A DNA stretch of 64,000 nucleotides, taken from contig JABDEY010000001.1 in NCBI GenBank assembly GCA_013286805.1, positions 6,051 through 70,050 of the forward strand, given 5' to 3'. The position numbers were made by a program, and so were the translations under genes. Below are positions 21,001 through 27,622 of this stretch, in pieces. Within the stretch, counting starts at the first letter, position 1. Each line of letters starts with the position of its first letter. The notes below the pieces were generated by a model that was given only the letters and a program-made list of their open reading frames with translations, ran no database searches and was not told the DNA's origin. Origin of the DNA: Bacteroidota bacterium (GTDB lineage Bacteria > Bacteroidota > Bacteroidia > JABDFU01).

Positions 21001-22315
21001 CTTCTCCACTATTATTAGCTGGTCCACCCAGAACAGCAGTATTTCCGTTCGATGAAATGGAAACGGACCAGCCTTGCTGAGAAGCTCCAACGTTAAATGT
21101 CCCCGCCAGTTTATTTCCCTGTTGAGACCATACCGTACCTGACCGGGTATAAACCCAGGCAGCTCCCGCACCTCCATCATTATAGCCACCCGAGATTGCA
21201 GTATTGCCATCAGATGAAATAGAAACGGAAAAACCCTGACGAGCAGCACCTGTTGCCCCCGTTCCCACCAGTTTATTTCCCTGCTGCGACCATACTGTTC
21301 CTGACCACGTATAAATCCAAACGGCTCCTACATCAATATTATCAGCATATCCCCCTGTTATAAGTGTATTCCCATCGGATGAAAGGGCAATAGCGTAACC
21401 TTGAAGTGCATTGCCAACAGCTCCTGTTCCCACCAATTTAGTACCCTGCTGAGACCACACTCCTGCTGTGCAGGTATAAACCCAAATTGCGCCCTGATTG
21501 GCATTGTCATAGCAACCACCTGCCACAGCTGTATTACCATCCGCTGAAATGGAAACAGATACCCCTTGCTGTGCTGCACCCGTAGCTCCCGTACCTGTTA
21601 ATTTGCTTCCTTGCTGGGTCCATACCCCTCCGGAACGGGTAAAAATCCAAACAGCTCCTGCGTTACTATTATCACCTGGGGCACCAATGATAGCTGTATT
21701 TCCATCTGCTGAAATGGAAACAGAAGCTCCCTGCTGTGCCGCTCCCACGGCTCCTGCTCCAACTAATTTAGTTCCCTGCTGCGACCAAGCGTTCCCGGAT
21801 CTGGTATAAATCCAGGCCGCGCCTGTATTACTATTGTCAGCATATCCTCCTAAGATTGCAGTGTTACCATCTGCCGAAATGGAAACAGAATAACCCTGGG
21901 ACGCAGAGCCCGTGGCACCGCTTCCAACCAATTTACTACCTTGTTGAATAGATGGATAAGGTGTTGTTATAACTGTAAAACTACTGACACTAATTGCAGT
22001 ACCGTTCGCCGTAGTAATGGATATGGACCCTGTTAAAGCAGAAGACATTACCACGCCCACCAATTGGCTGCCGGTATTTGATTCCACTATGGCTGTAGCT
22101 CCTCCAATTGTAAAAGCTGTCGGGCTTCCAAGGTTGGTACCTGATATAGTAACCACTGTACCTGGGGCCCCGCTTGAGGGATTGAACGAAGTTATAGTTG
22201 GAGTTTGGGCATGCAACGCATTAGGAAAAAAGGCAAATGCGGCAAGTACTAATACTATTAAAACCCCTGCCCTGTTTCCCCTTTGGAATCCAGATTGTTT
22301 TGTACATTTTTTCAT
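15098..22315 (-). CDS. Giant T9SS adhesin-like protein (~2405 aa): 2 x [IPT/TIG + 7-blade FG-GAP-like propeller] + Cys-rich module + Ig-like modules + 9 HYR domains + type-A CTD
   Basis: Track ORF 15098..22456. I prefer the ATG at 22315 (MKKCTKQSGFQRGNRAGVLIVLVLAAFAFFPNALHAQ, a signal peptide). IPT1 ~21965-22207 and propeller 1 ~20800-21965. IPT2 ~20545-20799 and propeller 2 ~19425-20545. Each propeller has 7 x 55-aa blades (QG[19 protein letters not shown]3-GA-W-[VI]-[YF]), including literal FG (FGWSVS) and GAP (IIGAPGDNS) motifs. Cys-rich module 19150-19425. TFCQG Ig-like modules ~18480-19150. HYR domains ~16352-18475 (NVNPTITAP...ADNCSVAS...[13 protein letters not shown]). Terminal VYPNPSGGNFVV...GIYTISV...RLIIVK is the T9SS type-A sorting domain. 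Confidence 0.9.
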   Translation of the reverse strand: MKKCTKQSGFQRGNRAGVLIVLVLAAFAFFPNALHAQTPTITSFNPSSGAPGTVVTISGTNLGSPTAFTIGGATAIVESNTGSQLVGVVMSSALTGSISITTANGTAISVSSFTVITTPYPSIQQGSKLVGSGATGSASQGYSVSISADGNTAILGGYADNSNTGAAWIYTRSGNAWSQQGTKLVGAGAVGAAQQGASVSISADGNTAIIGAPGDNSNAGAVWIFTRSGGVWTQQGSKLTGTGATGAAQQGVSVSISADGNTAVAGGCYDNANQGAIWVYTCTAGVWSQQGTKLVGTGAVGNALQGYAIALSSDGNTLITGGYADNIDVGAVWIYTWSGTVWSQQGNKLVGTGATGAARQGFSVSISSDGNTAISGGYNDGGAGAAWVYTRSGTVWSQQGNKLAGTFNVGASQQGWSVSISSNGNTAVLGGPANNSGEGAVWVFTRFGSVWTQQETQQQSAYNLVGTGATGLAGQGNAISISADGTTLIAGGPFDNSNAGAAWVYTIAPPVINSFSPSSGAPGTLVTVMGYNLGSPTSFTIGGIPAIVISNTGTKLECLVMPGAVTGNLSLTTAGGNALSGSNFSVTATPYPVAQQGSKLVGTGGVGSAEKGYSVAISSDGNTAIVGGYFDNTNTGAAWIYVRSGLVWSQQGSKLVGTGVTFSTFFGWSVSISADGNTAIVGSSNSGVWIYTRSGTAWSQQAIGLVGTGAIGTANQGQAVSISADGNTAIVGGLNDNSSAGAVWVFVRNGITWSQQGSKLVGSGAVGAAEQGYSVAISSDGFTAIAGGFADNSFAGAAWVYSLSGGVWTQQGSKLVGTGAVGSADQGYAVALSSDGNTALVGGHSDNGGAGAAWVYTRSAGAWAQQGSKLTGTGATGSAKQGTSVSISADGSTAIIGGFNDNSFIGAAWVFTMSGGIWTQQGTQLIGTGAVGAPEQGTSVSISTDGTTTLIGGPDDNSNAGAVWVYVPSCVNPGIPTLATSSSTNCGAQSTILSIVTGVQNSATKWQWYSGSCGATSVGSGTAISVSPASTTSYYARGEGGCVTPGACSSSMTITVNPVPAAPTITPTGSTTFCQGDSVLLTSSAGTTYTWTTGATSPSIYVKTAGWDSLVITNSFGCASPVTSVSTSILPLPATPTITPDGPTTFCQGGFVDLICSAGSSYIWSNGDPNQQGIPIFAAGRDSVQVTDANGCTSLSSAAVVIMVNPLPGAPIITPNGSTTFCQGGGVLLTSSAGNSYSWSTGPTTASITASATGSYSLTIKDVNGCTSASSAPIAVTVNTLPVITCIADQISNTTAGSCNAIVNYSAPAVTGSPAPAISYSLSGVTTGSGTGTGTGSAFNLGVTIVTLTATNTCGAPTCSFSVTITDNVNPTITAPATVFATTNTGCTATGVSLGMPVTADNCSVASVVNDYASTTFPLGNTTVHWTVTDGSGNTATANQTVTVTDNVNPTITAPSTVNAFTNTGCTATGVSLGTPATADNCSVASVTNNALSAFPLGNTTVTWTVTDESGNTATATQTVTVTDNVNPTISAPAIVNAFTNTGCTATGVSLGAPVTADNCSVASVVNDHASSTYPLGNTTVTWTVTDGSGNTATATQTVAVTDNVNPTITAPTTVNAFTNTGCTATGVSLGNPGTADNCSVANVTNNAPSAFPFGNTTVIWTVTDGGGNTATANQIVTVTDNVNPTITAPATVSVFTNTGCTATGVSLGTPVTADNCSVANVINDAPSAFPLGNTTVTWTVTDGSGNTATATQMVKVTDNINPTIAAPATVNATTNTGCTATGVVLGTPVTADNCSVAVVFNNAPSAFPLGNTTVTWTVIDGSGNSATADQTVTVTDNIAPTITAPANVNVNISTGCTVIGVLLGFPNAADNCAVASLTNNAPSAFPLGNTTVTWTATDGSGNSATATQTVTVKDHINPTITAPADVFVCVGETVVLGTPVTADNCSVASFGNDHPSGTYPEGTTVVTWTVTDGSGNTATAAQNVTVNPLPTATITPGGPTSFCNGGKVTLTCSAGSSYLWSTGATTSAISVSVGGRDSVLVTDGNGCTSVSSAAIAITIIPSDNPSFSYSSPTICKSGSDPSPVISGLAGGLFTSSPAGLSLNASSGKITLGSSALATYNVTYLTDGTCPASSTVSVTITTSPDAAFTYSTAYCDGEANPFPHFTAGASAGVFSALPAGLVFVNTSTGEIDLAGSTPASYTISNNIAAGGGCSASAASFGVTISSVIAANAGSNAVICAGTSFTLAGVVGSSATGSIWTSSGTGVFDNAALPNAAYTPSSADIANGSVTLTLTATNAVSGIAPCNEGISSMVLTINICTGIATESDNYSVSVYPNPSGGNFVVTSSSAEQQLLQVFDVRGNLMYKQFLFTGSVTLDGNNLADGIYTISVTGSKGRINKRLIIVK
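16352..18225. repeat. Intragenic tandem DNA array: ~8 HYR-domain units of 234-243 bp
   Basis: The landmark CGG[AG]TTAACATTATC recurs at 17261, 17495, 17732 and 17966 (234-237 nt spacing). The protein units are near-identical (NVNPTITAP-x-TVNAFTNTGCTATGVSLG-x-P-x-TADNCSVA...[27 protein letters not shown]). Confidence 0.85.
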
Positions 22316-22362
22316 CGAATCGAATTTAAATGGAGGACAAAATGGAAAATAAAATTTCAAGA

Positions 22363-22392
22363 CAAATTTATGCGATTTATCGGCAAAGTCAA
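22363..22392 (-). promoter_or_regulatory. Putative promoter of the 2405-aa adhesin gene (TTGACT - 16 nt - TAAATTTG)
   Basis: The minus strand reads aatgaTTGACTttgccgataaatcgcaTAAATTTG. TAAATTTG (complement of 22363-22370) matches the Bacteroidetes -7 consensus TAnnTTTG exactly. It lies ~48 nt upstream of the ATG at 22315. Confidence 0.35.
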
Positions 22393-22485
22393 TCATTGAA
22401 CCGACAATTAAAACGGTATCGAACCATAGAGCAGACTTAGGCCAGTTCTTAGCCAACCTGCATAAAAATTAACCAAATAGATTAA

Positions 22486-23514
22486 CTACCCCCCAATCCG
22501 GATCATACTCCGGTTCTCAATATTATTCGCATCTTCATCTGTTGTTTTTCCTGTGCTTAGAAACCCGCTTTTGGCGGGTTTCTCAAAATCTTTCCTTCCC
22601 CCCAGTTCCTTTTTCTTGCCCAGAACACAATCCATAATCAATTGCTCAATAATCTCTCCCCTTCTCCATGGCCCTAGCAAATCCACTTCCCCTTGAGAGA
22701 ACAAGCAATTCTTCATCTTCCCGTCCGCGGTCAACCTTAAGCGGTTGCAACCACCACAAAAGGGCTCAGTCACTGTCGTAATAAAAGCAAAGGTCCCCAC
22801 ATGCCCCTTCACCTTATATTTCTTCGCCGTATCAGAAGGTGCATCCGTTAATTTTTCCAACGCATTCCCGGCAGCAATCAAGGCTAGCATTTCGGCATAA
22901 GAAAACACCTTACTACGTTCCCATGCATTCCCCGCAAAAGGCATAAACTCAATAAAACGCACCTCTAACGGAAAGTCTTTTGTCCAGGCAATAAAATCCA
23001 ATAGGACGTGCTCATTCACGCCCCTCACCACGACCATGTTTAACCTCACCTTAAAATCATTCGCAAGCAGCAATTGAATATTCTCCACTATTTTATTAAA
23101 CTCTCCCCGCTGAGTAATCGCCAGAAACTCTTCCGCATTTAGTGTATCCAGACTTACATTCACTGAACGAATTCCTGTACGCTTAAAAACTCCGACAAAT
23201 TTATGCACCAACACACCATTGGTAGAAACCGCCAGCTCAACAGGCAAATCAGCCAAGCCCTCCATTATCCGGGCGGCATCAAGCCTCACCAATGGTTCAC
23301 CACCCGTCAGGCGTATTTTCTTCACCCCCAGATTCACAAACACACCCGCAATTCCTAAAATCTCATCCACCTGCATAAGTTTCGCAGAAGCAGTAGTCAT
23401 CACTTTTTCATCCGGCATACAATACCTGCAACGCAGATTACAGGCATCCGTCAGCGAAATGCGCAAATAATCATGTTTGCGTCCAAATGTATCGTATAGT
23501 CGATCGGGAAGCAT
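22486..23514 (-). CDS. moaA: GTP 3',8-cyclase MoaA (radical SAM)
   Basis: Track ORF 342 aa. Radical-SAM motif CNLRCRYC, second-cluster region FCGGCNRLRLTADG, and the conserved terminal Gly-Gly (..IRIGG). There is an extra ~25-aa insertion before the tail. Confidence 0.92.
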   Translation of the reverse strand: MLPDRLYDTFGRKHDYLRISLTDACNLRCRYCMPDEKVMTTASAKLMQVDEILGIAGVFVNLGVKKIRLTGGEPLVRLDAARIMEGLADLPVELAVSTNGVLVHKFVGVFKRTGIRSVNVSLDTLNAEEFLAITQRGEFNKIVENIQLLLANDFKVRLNMVVVRGVNEHVLLDFIAWTKDFPLEVRFIEFMPFAGNAWERSKVFSYAEMLALIAAGNALEKLTDAPSDTAKKYKVKGHVGTFAFITTVTEPFCGGCNRLRLTADGKMKNCLFSQGEVDLLGPWRRGEIIEQLIMDCVLGKKKELGGRKDFEKPAKSGFLSTGKTTDEDANNIENRSMIRIGG

Positions 23515-23649
23515 CCTTTCAGAGAATTTAATAAATGTGAATATAATTATAAATTCGGTGTTTTTGTTTATAGCCTTATTTGCGGCTCACGCCGGCCCGC
23601 CCATTTAGGAACCGTATTAAACCCTGCTAAAAAACGAGTATCTTTAAAT

Positions 23650-24744
23650 ATGATTGGTTACCGGTTTTCCAAATACAACGCACCTTTACAAACCCCTTTT
23701 GAACAACTGTTTGATATTTTCAAGCAGCTGATTACTTATACCAGCGGGGATGTGGATGAGGCGATCAATTGGCTGACTGAACTGGACAAGGAATATAAAC
23801 TCACGACTCCTGAATATAGTATCGAAGATTTCATTCAGGAGATGAAGGACAAGGGTTACCTGAGAGAAGAAGTAGAGAGTTCTGGCGGAATGAAGATCAC
23901 CAAAAAAACAGAACAAGCCATCCGGCAACAGGCGCTCGACAAAGTGTTCGGTAAACTGAAGAAGGGCCGCAAAGGCAATCACTCCACAAAATTTACCGGA
24001 ACAGGAGAAGAGAACAGTGTTGATTCCAGGCCTTTCCGTTTCGGAGATTCACTCGACCAGATTTCCATGCTGGAGTCCATGAAAAATGCACAGATCAATA
24101 ATGGTATTGGGGATTTCAGGATCACAGAAAACGATCTGGAGGTGAAAGAAACAGAACACAAGTCGCAAACCTCCACGGTTCTTATGATCGACATTTCGCA
24201 TTCCATGATCCTTTATGGAGAGGACAGGATTACCCCAGCCAAGAACGTGGCGATGGCGCTGGCAGAACTTATCAAGCGCAAGTACCCAAAGGACACACTT
24301 GATATAATTGTTTTTGGCGACGATGCCTGGAAGATAGAAGTGAAGGATCTGCCTTTCCTCCAGGTAGGCCCCTATCATACAAATACTGTTGCAGGATTGG
24401 AACTTGCTATGGACTTGCTGAGACGAAGAAAAAATGCCAACAAACAGATTTTCATGATCACGGATGGTAAACCAACCTGCCTGAAAGAACATGGAAGCTA
24501 TTATAAAAACAGCTTCGGGCTGGATGCGAAAATTATCAATAAGTGCCTGAATCTTGCCAGAAGTTGCAGGCGCCTGAAGATTCCAATCACCACTTTTATG
24601 GTGGCCAGCGACCCCTACCTTCAGGAATTTGTACGGGATTTTACAGAAGCCAATGCAGGTAAGGCTTTTTACACTTCCTTGCAGGGACTTGGAGAATTTA
24701 TTTTTGAAGATTTTGAACGAAATAAAAAGAGAAAAATAAAATGA
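23650..24744 (+). CDS. von Willebrand factor A domain protein (CoxE-like architecture)
   Basis: Track ORF 364 aa. The C-terminal vWA has a MIDAS motif DISHS (VLMIDISHSM) and a downstream FMITDGKPT. The long helical N-terminal region resembles CoxE-type vWA proteins. The stop overlaps the next start (ATGA at 24741-24744). Confidence 0.8.
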   Translation: MIGYRFSKYNAPLQTPFEQLFDIFKQLITYTSGDVDEAINWLTELDKEYKLTTPEYSIEDFIQEMKDKGYLREEVESSGGMKITKKTEQAIRQQALDKVFGKLKKGRKGNHSTKFTGTGEENSVDSRPFRFGDSLDQISMLESMKNAQINNGIGDFRITENDLEVKETEHKSQTSTVLMIDISHSMILYGEDRITPAKNVAMALAELIKRKYPKDTLDIIVFGDDAWKIEVKDLPFLQVGPYHTNTVAGLELAMDLLRRRKNANKQIFMITDGKPTCLKEHGSYYKNSFGLDAKIINKCLNLARSCRRLKIPITTFMVASDPYLQEFVRDFTEANAGKAFYTSLQGLGEFIFEDFERNKKRKIK

Positions 24745-26213
24745 GCAGGGCAAAGACATTAGGTGAACTTAAAAAGTCGGGTTATAAAAGTAAATCCATC
24801 AAGGATGAACTGAGGGACAACCTGATTGAAAAAATTAAAAAAAAGGAAACAATTTTCAAGGGTATTATTGGATTCGAAGATACCGTCATCCCCGAAATTG
24901 AAAGAGCTTTGTTGTCAAGGCACAATATGAATCTGCTTGGCCTCAGAGGGCAGGCCAAGACAAGAATTGCCCGACAACTGATTGAATTCCTGGATGAGTA
25001 TATACCTGTTGTAGAAGGATCTGAACTGAATGACGATCCCTTGAATCCTGTTTCAGATTTTGCAAAAAGAGAAATTGAAAGACTTTCTGATAGCACTCCC
25101 ATTACCTGGCTGCACCGCTCTGACCGTTATGTGGAAAAACTGGCAACCCCGGATGTTTCCATCGCCGACCTGATTGGAGATGTGGATCCGATCAAAGCTG
25201 CCAATCTGAAACTGAGTTATGCGGACGAACGGGTGATACATTACGGTATTATTCCCCGCAGTAACCGCTGCATTTTTGTGATCAACGAATTGCCGGATCT
25301 GCAGCCAAGGATACAGGTGGCCTTGTTTAATATTTTGCAGGAAGGAGATATTCAGATCAGAGGATTTAAACTCCGGATTCTCCTGGATATGGAATTTGTT
25401 TTTACCGCAAATCCAGAGGATTATACCAACAGAGGAAGCATAGTTACACCTTTGAAAGACCGGATAGGGAGTCAGATATTGACCCATTACCCTAAAAGCA
25501 TAGCACTGTCTAAAAAAATCACCCTGCAGGAAGCAAATATCAATCAGCAGCAAAGGGACCAGGTTGAGGTGACGGACCTTATAGCAACGTTAATCGAACA
25601 GGTAGCATTCGAGGCAAGGGAAAGTGAATACGTTGATTCCAAAAGTGGCGTTTCCGCCCGGCTGACCATCTCAGCTTACGAGAATTTGGTGAGTACCGCT
25701 GAACGCCGTATGCTGCTGAATGGTGAAAAGAAAACCACCGCCAGAATCTCCGACCTGAACGGCATCATCCCGGCAGTAAATGGTAAGATTGAGCTGGTAT
25801 ATGAAGGAGAGAATGAAGGGGCCGGAATGGTTGCAAAGATTTTACTTGGAAAAGCCATACGCAATGAATTTCTAAAGTATTTTCCCGATCCGGGTAAGTT
25901 AAAGAAGAAAAAAGAGGCAAGCCCTTACCAGGTGATTGTTGACTGGTTTGCCGAAGGACATGTGGTGGACCATCTTATGCTGGAGGATGAAAAGACCTAC
26001 GCAAAGGGTCTTGAAGCAATCCCGGGATTATCAGCTCTGGTTGAAAAGTTTATGCCCGCTCAGAAACGGAACGAAAAACTGGCAGGTATGGAGTTTGTGC
26101 TTTTCGCCATGGCAGAACATTCCCTGATTGGAAAATCTGACCTGATCAGCGGAGTGCAGTTTAAAGACTTGATGGGAACGATGCTTTCTGATAAGTTTAC
26201 CGGTAGTGATTAA
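24741..26213 (+). CDS. ChlI/BchI-like AAA+ ATPase with atypical Walker A (GLRGQAKT) and Walker B (VINE)
   Basis: Track ORF 490 aa. By-eye block alignment to Mg-chelatase subunit I: GIIGFEDTVIPEIERALL, LLGLRGQAKTRIARQL, PVVEGSELNDDP, ATPDVSIADLIGDVD, CIFVINELPDLQPRIQVALFNILQEG, FVFTANPEDY, PLKDRIG. Translationally coupled to the vWA gene. Confidence 0.75.
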   Translation: MSRAKTLGELKKSGYKSKSIKDELRDNLIEKIKKKETIFKGIIGFEDTVIPEIERALLSRHNMNLLGLRGQAKTRIARQLIEFLDEYIPVVEGSELNDDPLNPVSDFAKREIERLSDSTPITWLHRSDRYVEKLATPDVSIADLIGDVDPIKAANLKLSYADERVIHYGIIPRSNRCIFVINELPDLQPRIQVALFNILQEGDIQIRGFKLRILLDMEFVFTANPEDYTNRGSIVTPLKDRIGSQILTHYPKSIALSKKITLQEANINQQQRDQVEVTDLIATLIEQVAFEARESEYVDSKSGVSARLTISAYENLVSTAERRMLLNGEKKTTARISDLNGIIPAVNGKIELVYEGENEGAGMVAKILLGKAIRNEFLKYFPDPGKLKKKKEASPYQVIVDWFAEGHVVDHLMLEDEKTYAKGLEAIPGLSALVEKFMPAQKRNEKLAGMEFVLFAMAEHSLIGKSDLISGVQFKDLMGTMLSDKFTGSD

Positions 26214-26970
26214 CAGTAAATTCCACCCCATAAGATTGAATCAAACAGCCCTCATTTTACTCCTCCTATTCCTTGTCGCCTTCTTCTATTCCACAGTAGG
26301 CCATGGAGGAGCAAGTGGCTATATAGCAGTCCTAACACTAATCGGCATCAGCCCCCTGCTAATAAAACCCTCTGCTTTACTTTTAAATATCTTCGTAGCC
26401 TCCATAGCCTTTTTCCACTACTACCGAGGCGGACACTTTCGCTGGAAACTATTTTATCCATTTGCCCTCTTATCTATTCCCATGGCCTGGCTTGGCACTT
26501 TTGTAGCATTGGATCCCATCTGGTACAAGCGAATTTTGGGAATATGTCTGATATTCGCTGTACTTCGAATTGCAGGACTATTCAACAGAAAAGAAATCTC
26601 AACCACAACTCCGGTGCCAATATTAGCAGGTCTCCTAATTGGCGCAGCATTGGGTTGCATAAGCGGAATGATTGGCATAGGAGGAGGAATTATTTTAAGT
26701 CCGATCATTTTGCTTTTCCGGTGGGGTAACCTCAAAGAAACAGCAGCTGTATCCGCATTATTTATACTCGTCAATTCCATTTCAGGTATGGCCGGAATGT
26801 GGAAACAGGAAATAGTCTGGCCAACACACATTTTAGTTTGGCTTGGTGCAGCTATTATAGGAGGCTTTGTTGGATCCTGGTGGGGAAGCAGGAAAGCTCA
26901 GAACAATACCCTGAAAAACATACTCGCATCTGCATTACTTCTTGCAGCCCTGAAACTTATTTTTGCCTGA
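26206..26970 (+). CDS. TauE/SafE (DUF81) family anion permease
   Basis: Track ORF 254 aa. Polytopic membrane protein with FFYSTVGHGGASGYIAVL and GMIGIGGGIILSPIILL glycine-rich helices typical of TauE/SafE. The GTG start at 26206 overlaps the ATPase stop. An alternative TTG start at 26236 is possible. Confidence 0.75.
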   Translation: MINSKFHPIRLNQTALILLLLFLVAFFYSTVGHGGASGYIAVLTLIGISPLLIKPSALLLNIFVASIAFFHYYRGGHFRWKLFYPFALLSIPMAWLGTFVALDPIWYKRILGICLIFAVLRIAGLFNRKEISTTTPVPILAGLLIGAALGCISGMIGIGGGIILSPIILLFRWGNLKETAAVSALFILVNSISGMAGMWKQEIVWPTHILVWLGAAIIGGFVGSWWGSRKAQNNTLKNILASALLLAALKLIFA

Positions 26971-27592
26971 CCTGAGCCTTAACCTTAGATTTGTTCACCA
27001 TCCTGTAACAAAGAAACGCAAACAAAGGAGCAGCTGCCACATCTACCGCATAATGCACATGCTGCACCAACACAAAAACAGCAACCAACACAGTAGCGAC
27101 AATAAAATAATATTTCAAAGGACGCCAGGGCATGGTAAAGCAAAGCAAACACATGGTCGAAACATGACCCGAAAAAAACAAATCCTTGGTAATAACAGAG
27201 CCCTGATAAAATAATTTACCCACAAAAGGATCAACTAAAGGAATCAATGCCCGATCAGGCTCCAGAACAATCAGGAACATACAGATAACTCTCACCACAA
27301 ATAATAATGTATAAGCCTGCAGACATTTTAAAAAAAGCAGAGGGTGAACACTCAGGTAAACAATTGCCAGAAAAACCACAGAATAAATCAACAAAAAAAC
27401 AGGAACGGACATGTCGTAGGCCGGTACCTGATTCAATACCCAATCGTTCAGCCTGTACCCCGATCTTGCCTGAATAAAATTGAAAAATGGAGAAACGAAT
27501 GCCAAAACAGGAATAAGCAGGACAAGTGTGCATATGCTTTGCAGCCTGAAAGACCTCTCAGCCCATGCCAGTTTCCAATTTAATTTAAACAT
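26957..27592 (-). CDS. PAP2_C / sphingomyelin-synthase-like membrane phosphotransferase
   Basis: Track ORF 26957..27640. I prefer the ATG at 27592 (MFKLNWKLAW), which avoids overlap with moeA. Six hydrophobic helices. The motifs FFSGHVST (S-G-H) and HVHYAVDV (H-Y-x-x-D-V) correspond to the D3/D4 motifs of the sphingomyelin synthase/PAP2_C family. Confidence 0.65.
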   Translation of the reverse strand: MFKLNWKLAWAERSFRLQSICTLVLLIPVLAFVSPFFNFIQARSGYRLNDWVLNQVPAYDMSVPVFLLIYSVVFLAIVYLSVHPLLFLKCLQAYTLLFVVRVICMFLIVLEPDRALIPLVDPFVGKLFYQGSVITKDLFFSGHVSTMCLLCFTMPWRPLKYYFIVATVLVAVFVLVQHVHYAVDVAAAPLFAFLCYRMVNKSKVKAQVRQK

Positions 27593-27622
27593 GTGCAAAT
27601 TTAAAGTAATTTTCCGCTGCAT

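Noticed and set aside
15333-22352. Many 60-175-aa ORFs on the plus strand inside the 2405-aa adhesin gene (e.g. 15333..15857, 16608..16826, 16833..17060, 17109..17294, 17310..17528, 18087..18359, 19224..19547, 22017..22352), some themselves repetitive
   Set aside because: They mirror the sense-strand HYR and propeller repeats (the same periodicity read antisense). They have low-complexity V/T/A/P composition and no independent start context. The minus-strand frame has a coherent signal peptide-to-CTD domain grammar across the whole span.
22316-22456. 47-codon N-terminal extension of the adhesin ORF (MAKNWPKSALWFDT...)
   Set aside because: The extension contains the putative promoter (TTGACT/TAAATTTG) and precedes a canonical signal peptide starting at the ATG at 22315. 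It was treated as 5' leader rather than coding.
23515-23649. Possible Moco riboswitch or other structured leader in the moaA / vWA divergent spacer (also checked 28841-28900 and 27593-27622)
   Set aside because: Reading both strands, I could not recognise the conserved Moco-motif elements or a convincing multi-stem structure, and the spacers are short and AT-rich. A covariance-model scan (Rfam Moco_RNA_motif) would be the decisive test, and I could not run it.
24049-24759. 236-aa minus-strand ORF overlapping the vWA gene, plus 23686..24206 and 24782..25553 antisense ORFs over the vWA/ATPase genes
   Set aside because: No recognisable motif. They are nested antisense to genes with clear MIDAS and AAA+ blocks, so they are most likely chance open frames.
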